In this document: in pieces, positions 19,137 through 27,609 of the stretch
Layout: each line of letters starts with the position of its first letter
How positions within the stretch are numbered: the first letter of the stretch is position 1
Assembly (NCBI GenBank): GCA_020633315.1
Contig: JACKDV010000004.1
Location: 384,071 to 448,070 of the forward strand
Source of the DNA: Myxococcales bacterium
GTDB lineage: Bacteria > Myxococcota_A > Polyangia > Nannocystales > Nannocystaceae
Direction of reading: 5' to 3'
DNA length: 64,000 bases
The notes under the pieces: model-generated
The model's input: the letters and a program-made list of their open reading frames with translations, nothing else
Told to the model about the DNA's origin: nothing
The model's database searches: none
Position numbers and translations under genes: made by a program

Positions 19137-20615
19137 ATGCTCCGCGCCTCGCTCCCCTTCGCGTCGGCTCTCCTGCTCGCCCTGGCCTCGGTCCCCGCCG
19201 CGGCCAAGGAACCCGCCGCCTCGGGCGACGCCGAGGCCGAGGCCGAGGTCTCGCTGGGCAAGGGAGGCCGCGAGGCGAAGGCCGAGCGACGCGCTCGCGG
19301 CGAGCCGGGCACGCGCAGCGATCGACCCTGGGCCAAGCGCTGGGCCCCCGAGGATCACCAGGTGGAGGTGGGCCTGTACGGCGGCGTGTTCCTGCCCTCG
19401 CGCCGCCTCGAGCTGTTCCAGGCCGACTTCTCGCTGGTGGACCAGGGCTACAAGCCCTTCGCCCGCGTGGCGCCCGACTTCGGCGTGCGCGTGGGCTACT
19501 ACCCGCTACGCTTCTTCGGCATCGAGGGCGAGGGCGGAGCGATGCCCTCGCGCACCACCACCGGCGACGCCGCCCTGATGTGGACGGCCCGGGCCAACCT
19601 CGTGGGTCAGCTCGGCCTGTGGAGCGTGACGCCCTTCGTGCTCGTGGGCGGCGGGCTGATCGGCGTGGCCAGCGATCGCAGCTCGGTGGGCAACGACGTC
19701 GACGCCTCGGCCCACGTGGGCGTGGGTGCGAAGGTGTTCCTCAGCCGCTACACCGCGCTGCGCCTCGACCTGCGCGACGTGATCGCGGCCCGACGCGGCT
19801 ACCACGAGGGCGTGGTGCACTCGCCCGAGATCCTGCTCGGCCTGAGCATCACCCTCGGCCGCGCCCGCGACGAGGCCCCGCCCCCGCCCCCCGACTCCGA
19901 CGGCGACGGCATCCTCGACCCCGACGACGCGTGCAAGGACGAGCCCGGCGTCCCCGACTACCGCGGCTGCCCCATCCCCGACTCCGACGGCGACGGCGTC
20001 CTCGACCCCGACGACGAGTGCAAGGACGAGCCCGGCGTCCCCGACTACCACGGCTGCCCCATCCCCGACTCCGACGGCGACGGCGTCCTCGACCCCGACG
20101 ACGAGTGCAAGGACGAGCCCGGCGTCCCCGACTACCGCGGCTGCCCCATCCCCGACTCCGACGGCGACGGCATCCTCGATCCCGACGACGCGTGCAAGGA
20201 CGAGCCCGAGACCAACAACGGCTTCCAGGACACCGACGGCTGCCCCGACGAGATCCCCGAGGAGGTCGCTCGCTTCACCGGGGTGATCGAGGGCATCTTC
20301 TTCGAGAACGACAGCGCCACCATCCGCCCGCGCTCGCGGCCCACCCTCGACAAGGCGCTCGAGGTGCTGCGCAAGCACGAGTCGGTGCGGGTGGAGGTCA
20401 GCGGCCACACCGACGATCGCGGCAAGCCCGAGCACAACCTCGAGCTCAGCCGCCGCCGCGCCGAGTCGGTCAAGCAGTACCTGGTGGAGGAGGGGATCGA
20501 CCCCGCCCGCATCACCACGCGCGGCGCGGGGCCCAGCGAGCCCATCGCCGACAACGGCAACAAGCGGGGCCGCGCCAAGAACCGGCGCATCGAGTTCAAG
20601 CTGCTCACCGAGTAG
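19137..20615 (+). CDS. OmpA-family outer-membrane protein: N-terminal 8-strand beta-barrel, 4 thrombospondin type-3 Asp-rich repeats, C-terminal OmpA domain.
   Basis: Signal 'LLLALASVPAAA'. TSP3 repeats 'PIPDSDGDGVLDPDDECKDEPGVPDY'. OmpA motifs 'VEVSGHTDDRG', 'NLELSRRRAESV', 'NRRIEFKL'. Confidence 0.9.
   Translation: MLRASLPFASALLLALASVPAAAKEPAASGDAEAEAEVSLGKGGREAKAERRARGEPGTRSDRPWAKRWAPEDHQVEVGLYGGVFLPSRRLELFQADFSLVDQGYKPFARVAPDFGVRVGYYPLRFFGIEGEGGAMPSRTTTGDAALMWTARANLVGQLGLWSVTPFVLVGGGLIGVASDRSSVGNDVDASAHVGVGAKVFLSRYTALRLDLRDVIAARRGYHEGVVHSPEILLGLSITLGRARDEAPPPPPDSDGDGILDPDDACKDEPGVPDYRGCPIPDSDGDGVLDPDDECKDEPGVPDYHGCPIPDSDGDGVLDPDDECKDEPGVPDYRGCPIPDSDGDGILDPDDACKDEPETNNGFQDTDGCPDEIPEEVARFTGVIEGIFFENDSATIRPRSRPTLDKALEVLRKHESVRVEVSGHTDDRGKPEHNLELSRRRAESVKQYLVEEGIDPARITTRGAGPSEPIADNGNKRGRAKNRRIEFKLLTE
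19891..20238 (+). repeat. Near-identical 87-bp direct tandem repeat x4 (encodes the 29-aa TSP3 units).
   Basis: 'cccgactccgacggcgacggc(a/g)tcctcgaccccgacgacg(c/a)gtgcaaggacgagcccggcgtccccgactacc(g/a)cggctgccccatc' recurs at 19891, 19978, 20065 and 20152, with only a few substitutions until the fourth copy diverges after ~60 nt. Confidence 0.8.
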
Positions 20616-20936
20616 CGCGATCGCGCCGCGGATTGCCGCGCTCCACGCTCCGTTGCGGGTGAGCAGATCACGCGCCGAAGCTTCGGTAGATCGCCTCGCG
20701 ATTGAGCAATGGCAGCCACGCCGACCCGCACCGATCCCCACAAAAACCCCAGCGAGCAGCCGTGAGCCAGTCAGAGTGTGCGGCACACTGCGTTTTGTGC
20801 TTGCACAAAGGGTACGAAGGACCGCACGATCGAGCCGTCCGGCCTCCCAGGGATGTGCATCTTGCGCACACGGGAGTCCCTTCGGGGTCACCGGCACTGC
20901 CCATGCCACAGGCCAGCGACCCCGCCACGAATTACA

Positions 20937-21130
20937 GCGCGACCGTGGTCACCGCTCGGGTCACATTTGGGGGCGACCCGGGCGGTGGCCCCTTTTCGAC
21001 CCCTTTCCTCGGGGTCAGTGCCGACTTCCCTCGCGTCAGCTAGAGTTACTGCGACCGAGGTCGCCGCTCGGACCTATTTTTGGGGGCGGTCCGGGCGGCG
21101 GCCGCTTTTTCGTCGGCCGCCGCGACCTCG
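20937..21130. repeat. Two copies of a ~55-60-nt GC-rich structured intergenic element between convergent OmpA genes.
   Basis: Copy A 'gcgaccgtggtcaccgctcgggtcacatttgggggcgacccgggcggtggcc'. Copy B 'gcgaccgaggtcgccgctcggacctatttttgggggcggtccgggcggcggcc'. Both hold 'gacc-N3-ggtc' and 'ccg-ct-cgg' mini-palindromes. Copy B is followed by a 9-bp-stem hairpin 'cggcggccg-ctttttcgt-cggccgccg'. Confidence 0.4.
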
Positions 21131-21132
21131 GC

Positions 21133-22671
21133 TCACTGCACCTTGAACTCGATGCGTCGGTTCTTGGCGCGACCGGACTTGGTCTTGTTGTCCGCGATCG
21201 GCTCGTCGGGCCCGGCCCCACGCGTGCTGATCCGATTGTCGGCCACGCCCTTGTCGACCAGGTACTGCTTGACCGACTCGGCACGCCGGCGGCTGAGGTC
21301 CATGTTGTCGTCGCGGCTGCCCACGTCGTCGGTGTGGCCGCTGATCTCCACCCGCACCGAGTCGTACTTGACCAGCACGCTGGCCACCTTGTCGAGCTTG
21401 CGCTTGGAGGTCTTGCGGATCGTGTCCTTGCCGGTGGCGAACTCGATGCCCTCGAGCACGCCCTCGAACTGGGTGATCTCGGCGGGGAGCTCGTCGGGGC
21501 AGCCGTCGGTGTCCTCGAAGCCGTTGTAGTTCTCGGGCTTGTCCTCGCACGCGTCGTCCACATCGAGGATGCCGTCGCCGTCCTTGTCGGGGACCGGGCA
21601 GCCGTCGGCCCCGTCGCCCCACTCGTTGGGGCAGGCGTCGCTGCGATCGGGCACGCCGTCGTTGTCGGAGTCGCGGTTGAGCGGGCAGCCGTCCTCGTCC
21701 TCGCCGTACTCGTCGGGACACTCGTCGTAGTAGTCGGCGATCGTGTCGCCGTCGCGATCGCTCCGCTTGGCTCGCCACTCCTCGCCGATCCACTTGGTGA
21801 GGCGGATGTTCACCTCGGCCCCCACCAGCAGCTCGCCGTGGTGGGCCCGGTTGCCGTCGATGCTCGAGCCGGTGACGATGTGGCGCCCGTCGATGCGGAC
21901 GGCGATCCAGTCGTTGATGTAGAACTTGGCCCCGGGGCCCCAGTGGAACGCCGGGTCGCCGCCGTTGAGGATGGCGGCGTCCTTGGACTTGAGCGCCAGC
22001 AGGCCGCCGCCCACGGCCAGGGTGGGCGTGAGGCGGTAGGGCAGCGAGCCGATCACGTGGCCCCGCACCGCATAGAAGGTGCCCTTGGCCCCGCCCGGCA
22101 CGCTGTCGCTCGAGGTGGGCATGATCGACGACTCGAAGCCCACGCCCACGTAGGGGATCACCATGTACTCGAGGTGGAAGCCGAAGTCGAAGTTGCCGCG
22201 CCGGATGCTGGGCTGCGGACCCTCGGAGCGGTCGAACAGGCCGTGGTTGTTCGCGCGCCAGAAGCCACCGAGGTGGAAGCCCGCGTTGATCATGTGGTTG
22301 GTGGGCCTATAGCGCTCGAAGAACGGACGCTCGTCCTTCTCCTTGGGCTTCTTGTCGCCCTTGTCCTTCTTGCTGCGCTTGGCCTTGCCCTTCGCCTTGC
22401 CCTTGCCGCCGCCGCCGAGGCTCACCGAGCCGCTGGCCGAGCCCGAGGCCGACGCCCCGGGGGCCTCCTCCTCGTCCTCGCCCTCGAGCGGATCGTCGTA
22501 CTCCTCCTCGGCATCGCTGCCCTCGAGATCGTCGTACTCGTCGTCCTCGATGATCTCGTCGTCCTCCTCGGGCTGGGCGTGGGCGAGCTCGGGGATCGCG
22601 ACCAGGCCCAGGCCCAGGGCGAGCGCCAGCACGCGGGAGGAATCGGACGAGCGAGGAGGCGTGTGCGTCAT
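21133..22671 (-). CDS. OmpA-family outer-membrane protein with an acidic linker, Lys-rich segment, beta-barrel, TSP3 repeats and C-terminal OmpA domain.
   Basis: Signal 'VLALALGLGLVAIPELAHA'. 'DRDGDTIADYYDECPDE', 'DSDNDGVPDRSDACP', 'DKDGDGILDVDDACED'. OmpA 'VEISGHTDDVG', 'NMDLSRRRAESV', 'NRRIEFKV'. Confidence 0.85.
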   Translation of the reverse strand: MTHTPPRSSDSSRVLALALGLGLVAIPELAHAQPEEDDEIIEDDEYDDLEGSDAEEEYDDPLEGEDEEEAPGASASGSASGSVSLGGGGKGKAKGKAKRSKKDKGDKKPKEKDERPFFERYRPTNHMINAGFHLGGFWRANNHGLFDRSEGPQPSIRRGNFDFGFHLEYMVIPYVGVGFESSIMPTSSDSVPGGAKGTFYAVRGHVIGSLPYRLTPTLAVGGGLLALKSKDAAILNGGDPAFHWGPGAKFYINDWIAVRIDGRHIVTGSSIDGNRAHHGELLVGAEVNIRLTKWIGEEWRAKRSDRDGDTIADYYDECPDEYGEDEDGCPLNRDSDNDGVPDRSDACPNEWGDGADGCPVPDKDGDGILDVDDACEDKPENYNGFEDTDGCPDELPAEITQFEGVLEGIEFATGKDTIRKTSKRKLDKVASVLVKYDSVRVEISGHTDDVGSRDDNMDLSRRRAESVKQYLVDKGVADNRISTRGAGPDEPIADNKTKSGRAKNRRIEFKVQ

Positions 22672-22841
22672 GAGGTGGCTCCGAGAGACGTCGACGCTGG
22701 GCACACCGGAGTGTCGGGGCTTTGCCCCCCGTCTCGGCCGTGCACCTACATCGTCACGCTACACGGCTCGTCCGTCACCGGTCAATCCCGCTCGGACGCC
22801 GATGGGCCCGCGAGCCCATGCCCCGGCTCGCCCCGACGGTG

Positions 22842-23396
22842 ATGCCCGACACGTACACCACGCTCGCATGCTATCCCGACCACGTGGCCGCCTCTCGCCA
22901 CGGCCGACTCCCCCCTCGGGACCCCTCCCCGATCCACTCCGGGGGGCGCTCGCGAGTGCTGGGCGTGCTCGTGCTCGTGGCCCTCTCCACCGTGCTGGCG
23001 TTGGCGGTGGAGACCGGGGTCCGTCGCATGATGATGCCCCCGGACTTCGAGCAGGTCCGCGCCTGGCTCTCGCCCACCCTCGAGCCCTGGGCCTGGGCCA
23101 TCGTGGTCGTGACCGCGTTCGCATGCGCAGGGGAATGGTGGCTGTTCGGCGTGCTCCTGCGCCGTGGCCTCGCCCGCGCCCGCCCTGGTCTGGCCCCCGA
23201 CCGAGCCCGGGCCCGAGCCGAGCTCGACGCGGCGATCCTCGCCAGCTCGGTGCCCCAGGTCCCCGCGGTGGTGGGGACCATGCTGTTCATGATGGGCGCC
23301 CCGCTGCTGCCCGTGGTGACCGCGATGGCGGTGGCGGTGCTCGGCGTGCTCTCGCTGGGCCTGCGGGTGCAGCTGGGCTCCCGCGATCAGGGCTAG
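22842..23396 (+). CDS. Hypothetical integral membrane protein.
   Basis: Three or four hydrophobic helices with strong GC3 bias. The start is uncertain; in-frame ATGs lie at 22815 and 22842. Confidence 0.4.
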   Translation: MPDTYTTLACYPDHVAASRHGRLPPRDPSPIHSGGRSRVLGVLVLVALSTVLALAVETGVRRMMMPPDFEQVRAWLSPTLEPWAWAIVVVTAFACAGEWWLFGVLLRRGLARARPGLAPDRARARAELDAAILASSVPQVPAVVGTMLFMMGAPLLPVVTAMAVAVLGVLSLGLRVQLGSRDQG

Positions 23397-23415
23397 CCCC
23401 GGTCCCCCGCACCCG

Positions 23416-24057
23416 TCACCTGGCTCGGCTCGCTGGCCAGCAGGCATCGGGGCGCGCGGCGTCCTTGGGCCCCAGGCCCAGCACCTCGGCCACCTCGGCC
23501 AGCCGCACCCCGTCGAGCGCGGCCACCTCGGCGCCGTACAGCAGCTCGGTGTGCCGCTGCCCCTCCTTGAGGCGAAAGCCCGGCCGCCGCCCCTCCTCCT
23601 GCAGACCCAGGATCGTCATCAACCTCCGCGAGCCCATGTTGCCCACCAGGCACGAGCCCTCGAGGCGATGGGCCCCGTGGCAGCGCACCGCGTAGGCGCC
23701 CAGGAACCAGGCCAGGCGCGTGCCCACCCCGCGGCCCCACGCCGCGCGCCGGAGCTGGAAGCCGATCTCGAAGCCGCCGGGGCTGCCCTCCACCGCCACG
23801 GTCGCGCCCTGCCCCAGGAAGCCGCCGTCCCCGTCCTCCACCGCGAACACCGAGGTCGCGGGCAGCCGGCCCCGGGCCAGCGCCTCGGCCTGGGCATCGA
23901 GCAAGGGGCCGAAGTAGGCCTCGTAGAACGAGGGCGGCGCCGGGGCGAACCACAGCCAGCGCGTCACCGCGGGATCCTCGAGGGTCTCGAGGAAGGCCGG
24001 CAGGTCGTCGCGCGTGGCGAAGCGATAGCGCTCGGTGAACTCGGTGCGGCTCGTCAT
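23416..24057 (-). CDS. GNAT-family N-acetyltransferase.
   Basis: 'FAVEDGDGGFLGQGATV', 'QLRRAAWGRGVGTRL' (acetyl-CoA binding 'R/Q-x-x-G-x-G/A'). Lies 20 nt downstream of the spermidine-synthase fusion gene on the same strand. The track ORF 23416..27129 was trimmed to Met at 24057. Confidence 0.75.
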   Translation of the reverse strand: MTSRTEFTERYRFATRDDLPAFLETLEDPAVTRWLWFAPAPPSFYEAYFGPLLDAQAEALARGRLPATSVFAVEDGDGGFLGQGATVAVEGSPGGFEIGFQLRRAAWGRGVGTRLAWFLGAYAVRCHGAHRLEGSCLVGNMGSRRLMTILGLQEEGRRPGFRLKEGQRHTELLYGAEVAALDGVRLAEVAEVLGLGPKDAARPDACWPASRAR

Positions 24058-24077
24058 CGGGGCGTCCCCTTCCATCT

Positions 24078-27000
24078 TCACTCCCGCATGCCGTAGGCGG
24101 CAAGCACCTGGAACGCCCAGTCCCCGCTGTCGCGGCCCTCGCCCAGCGGCACCATGTGCTCGGCCGCGAAGGCCCGGCGTCGGGCCGGCTCCACCTCCAT
24201 CAGCTCCAGCGCCACCAGCCCGGCCAGCGCCCGGATGCGAGGCGAGAGCGCGAAGTCCTCTTCGTCCAGAGTGGGCTCCACCGCCGCCCACAGCCGCGGC
24301 CCCTGCCGCCGGGCCAGCGCGTCCATGATCTCCACCGAGCGCCGCACCTCGTCGGTCGCCTGCTCGCGGCCCGCCGTCTGCAGGACCGCGGCCCACCAGG
24401 GAGTGCTCGCCACGTCCACGAAGGGGATCGTGGCCTCGTAGAGCTCGTAGGTCGCCACCAGCCACCCGTGCCAGTCGCCGGGACCGGAGGCCTGCTGCTG
24501 CTTCCAGATCTGCATCATCACCCCGCGCAGCCCCTCGGGCACGGGCGAGCGCTCGAGCCCGAAGGCCCGCATGGCGAGCGCGGCCTCCTCGGCCTCCTCG
24601 AGGATGTGGGGGTCGCGGCGATCGCCGATGCCCTCGGGCGGATAGGGGCGCGGCTCGATGCCCGCGAGCACCGGCAGCACCGGCGCGGGGGCGAAGCGCA
24701 GCTCCAGCAGGAACTCCGCGTCGGATCGCAGGAAGCGCTGCTTCTCGGCCCCGGTGTCGAGCAGGGGCAGCTCGTCGCGGTTGGGCGTGCGGCCCGAGAT
24801 GAACGGATGCAGCAGCCGGCGGTTGCCCGCCACCAGCGCGTCGATCTGCCCGATGTCGTGGATCCCCAGCAGCGAGAGCGAGTCGTGCAGGCCGGGCCAG
24901 CCCAGCACCTGCTCCGAGAACGGGGGCACGGGCCCGTCGGGCGCCGCGAGGATCAGCCAGTCGAGGCTGCCGATGCGCACGATGAGGTAGTCCTCGAACT
25001 CCTGGTCGATCGCCGCGAGCACGCTCATCAGCAGCTCGTCGCTCAGCTCGTAGCCGTGCAGCCACTGCCCCAACAGGCCGCCCGGCTTCAGGTAGCGCTT
25101 GACCTCCTGGTAGAACTCCACCGTGAACAGGCTCGACACCCCGCTCACCCAGGGGTTGGTGGGCTCGGAGAAGATGAAGTCGTACTGGCCCGCGGCCGCG
25201 GCGAAGTAGGCCTTGGCGTCGTCGTAGACGATGTGGCTGCGCGGGTCCTCGTAGGCCCGCGCGTTGGCGGGCATGAAGTGGCGCGAGCCCTTCACCATCT
25301 CGGGCTCGATCTCCACCGTGTCGAGGCGCTGCAGGTTGGGCGAGCCCAGCACGGTGTGGGCGCTGACGCCCGAGCCGAAGCCGATGATCGCCCCGTGGGT
25401 GGCGTCGGGCTTGGCCATCAGCGGCAGGATGCCCATCAGCATCTGGGTGGGCTCGTCGCCCGCGAGCTCGGGGCCCAGCTCGGGGTCGCGTCCCTCCGGC
25501 CAGCGCTCGAGGATCACCGTGGCGTCGGGCTTCCCGTTGGCGTAGAGGATGTGGTAGCCGCGGTTGCCCCGGTTGTGGACCACGGTCACGCTCGAGGTGC
25601 GGCCGTCCACGTAGCTGAGGATCTCGTAGGACGAGGGCAGCTCCACCCGGCCGCTGCGGAACACGGTGGAGGACAGCACCATGGGGTCGATGCGGATCGA
25701 GACGAACGCGGCCGCGATCGCCATCACCGTGCCCCCGGCCGCGCTGAGCACGAAGCTGCGCAGGCGCTTGGAGGCCCCGCGCTGGCGCGCCTGGTGGGCG
25801 ATGAGCAGCACCCCCAGCCCCAGGTCGAGCGCCGCCCCGATGAGGATCACCCCCTTGATCCCCACCAGCGGCATCAGCAGCAGGCCCGCCGCCACCGCGC
25901 CGCAGATCGAGCCCAGGGTGTTGAGCCCGTACACCTGCCCCACCACCCCCTCGGGCTGGCCGCGCTCGAGCATCACCTTGGTGAGCAGGGGCAGGGTCAT
26001 GCCGGCGCAGAAGGTGGCCGGGAACATGATGAGCAGGCACAGCAGGTAGCGCAGCACGTTGAACACGCGCCACAGGCTCTCGCTGCGCTCGAGCTCGAGG
26101 TGCAGCAGCCACAGGTCGCGGGTGCCGGCGTCGTGCTCCATCAGCCAGCCCATGGCCTTCACCGCGTACTCGTACAGCGGCAGGGTCATGATCGCGGCCA
26201 GGCCCATCGCCAGCTGCACCACCGCCAGCACCACCTCGGGGTGCTCGAGGCGATCCATCCGCTTGCGGATGAACAGCCCGCCCATGGCCAGGCCCAGGAT
26301 GAAGGCCGAGAGCATCACCTCGAAGGAGTGGGTGGCCGAGCCCAGGATCATCGACAGCAGGCGGATCCAGCCCACCTCGTACATGAACGACGACAGGCCG
26401 GTGCCCAGCGCCACCGCCAGCAGCAGCCACACCAGCGGCGAGCGACGGGGCGCGGGCGGGCCGTCGCTCGCCGGAGCGCCCTCGCCCTCGCTCGCGGGCG
26501 GGCGGGCCTCGATGGGAGGCGCTGCCTCGCGGTCGCGGATCGCCACGAGCATGATGAGCAGGTTGATCGCCGCCGCCACCATCAAGGTGCCCGACAGCCC
26601 CAGCCACCCCACCAGCACGAAGCCCGAGACCACCGCGCCGATCGAGGCGCCCAGGCTGTTGGTGAAGTAGAGCAGGCTCAGCACCTCGCCCGAGTGCAGC
26701 AGGTCGCGGCGAAGGATCCCCACGCTCATCAGCGGGAAGGTGGTGCCCAGCAGCGTGCACGGGGGCAAGATGAGCAGCCCCGCCACCAGCCACTTGACCA
26801 CGGCCACGGCGGTTCCCCCGCCGAGCGCAGGGAACAGCAGGTCGTAGCTCAGGCGCATCGCAGCGTCGTAGAGGAACGGGAAGGCCAGGGCGTACAGACC
26901 GATGAGCCCTTCGATCACTCCGTAGGCGAGCACCGGGGATCGCAGCCGGGCCAGGTAGCGTCCCGCCAGCAGCGCGCCGGCCGACATGCCTCCCATGAAC

Positions 27001-27161
27001 AGGCTGAGCACCAGGATCTGGGCCGTGGCCGCGCTGCCCACGAACAGCCGGATGTAGCGCGACCAGATCGACTCGTAGAGCAGCCCGCTGACCCCCGAGA
27101 GGAAGAACAGCAGGAACAACACGCGCCAACGCGAACTGGGGCGAGGCGAGGCGTCGTGCAT
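24078..27161 (-). CDS. Fused polytopic membrane (MFS-like, ~12 TM) + spermidine-synthase-like aminopropyltransferase.
   Basis: ~500 aa of TM helices, then a SpeE-like domain 'AIIGFGSGVSAH', 'DFIFSEPTNPWVSGVSSLFTVEFYQEVKRYLKPGG', followed by a ~350-aa C-terminal extension. Confidence 0.8.
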   Translation of the reverse strand: MHDASPRPSSRWRVLFLLFFLSGVSGLLYESIWSRYIRLFVGSAATAQILVLSLFMGGMSAGALLAGRYLARLRSPVLAYGVIEGLIGLYALAFPFLYDAAMRLSYDLLFPALGGGTAVAVVKWLVAGLLILPPCTLLGTTFPLMSVGILRRDLLHSGEVLSLLYFTNSLGASIGAVVSGFVLVGWLGLSGTLMVAAAINLLIMLVAIRDREAAPPIEARPPASEGEGAPASDGPPAPRRSPLVWLLLAVALGTGLSSFMYEVGWIRLLSMILGSATHSFEVMLSAFILGLAMGGLFIRKRMDRLEHPEVVLAVVQLAMGLAAIMTLPLYEYAVKAMGWLMEHDAGTRDLWLLHLELERSESLWRVFNVLRYLLCLLIMFPATFCAGMTLPLLTKVMLERGQPEGVVGQVYGLNTLGSICGAVAAGLLLMPLVGIKGVILIGAALDLGLGVLLIAHQARQRGASKRLRSFVLSAAGGTVMAIAAAFVSIRIDPMVLSSTVFRSGRVELPSSYEILSYVDGRTSSVTVVHNRGNRGYHILYANGKPDATVILERWPEGRDPELGPELAGDEPTQMLMGILPLMAKPDATHGAIIGFGSGVSAHTVLGSPNLQRLDTVEIEPEMVKGSRHFMPANARAYEDPRSHIVYDDAKAYFAAAAGQYDFIFSEPTNPWVSGVSSLFTVEFYQEVKRYLKPGGLLGQWLHGYELSDELLMSVLAAIDQEFEDYLIVRIGSLDWLILAAPDGPVPPFSEQVLGWPGLHDSLSLLGIHDIGQIDALVAGNRRLLHPFISGRTPNRDELPLLDTGAEKQRFLRSDAEFLLELRFAPAPVLPVLAGIEPRPYPPEGIGDRRDPHILEEAEEAALAMRAFGLERSPVPEGLRGVMMQIWKQQQASGPGDWHGWLVATYELYEATIPFVDVASTPWWAAVLQTAGREQATDEVRRSVEIMDALARRQGPRLWAAVEPTLDEEDFALSPRIRALAGLVALELMEVEPARRRAFAAEHMVPLGEGRDSGDWAFQVLAAYGMRE

Positions 27162-27234
27162 CGTATTGCGCACCTTAGCCGGGGCCGGCCGAGCTGACCA
27201 GCCGGGGGCCGGCTGCTATAGTCCCCGGCGACCC

Positions 27235-27549
27235 ATGAAGTACAGCGTGAAGCACGGCTTGGCCGACACCTCTCGGGTTCGACTCGTGGTCGAGAAGGCC
27301 TACTCCGCCTACGAGGAGCGGCTGCGGGACTACCGGCCGTCCATCGACTGGACCGGGGACCAGCAGGCCAAGATCGGCTTCACCGTGATGTCGCAGTCGG
27401 TCTCCGCCGAGCTCGAGTTCGACGAGCAGGAGCTGCGCATCGACGGCAAGGTGCCGTTCTTGTTCCGGCCCTTCCAGGGGAAGATCGAGAGCGTGCTCGG
27501 CCGCGAGATGGACAAGTGGCTCGAGAAGGCTCGAAACGGCGAGATCTAG
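27235..27549 (+). CDS. Polyhydroxyalkanoic-acid-system family small protein.
   Basis: ~100 aa 'MKYSVKHGL..'. Resembles the PHA-system protein family (TIGR02610-like) in length and pattern. Assignment from memory only. Confidence 0.5.
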   Translation: MKYSVKHGLADTSRVRLVVEKAYSAYEERLRDYRPSIDWTGDQQAKIGFTVMSQSVSAELEFDEQELRIDGKVPFLFRPFQGKIESVLGREMDKWLEKARNGEI

Positions 27550-27609
27550 GCGGGCCGTCGGGCCGACGGGGCTTCGGGTAGACTCCCGCGCGTCAGGAGA
27601 GCACGCGCG

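Noticed and set aside
20702-21146. 113-aa and 122-aa plus ORFs inside the OmpA-OmpA intergenic region.
   Set aside because: Mixed codon GC3, no start context, and the frames run through the direct repeats and hairpins. The region is better explained as non-coding structured DNA or RNA.
24156-27197. 1013-aa plus ORF antisense to the SpeE-fusion gene, and the upstream part (24058..27129) of the 1237-aa minus ORF.
   Set aside because: The minus frame beginning at 27161 encodes coherent TM helices plus SpeE motifs. The alternatives are Gly/Arg/His/Asp-rich. The GNAT reading frame was trimmed to Met 24057.
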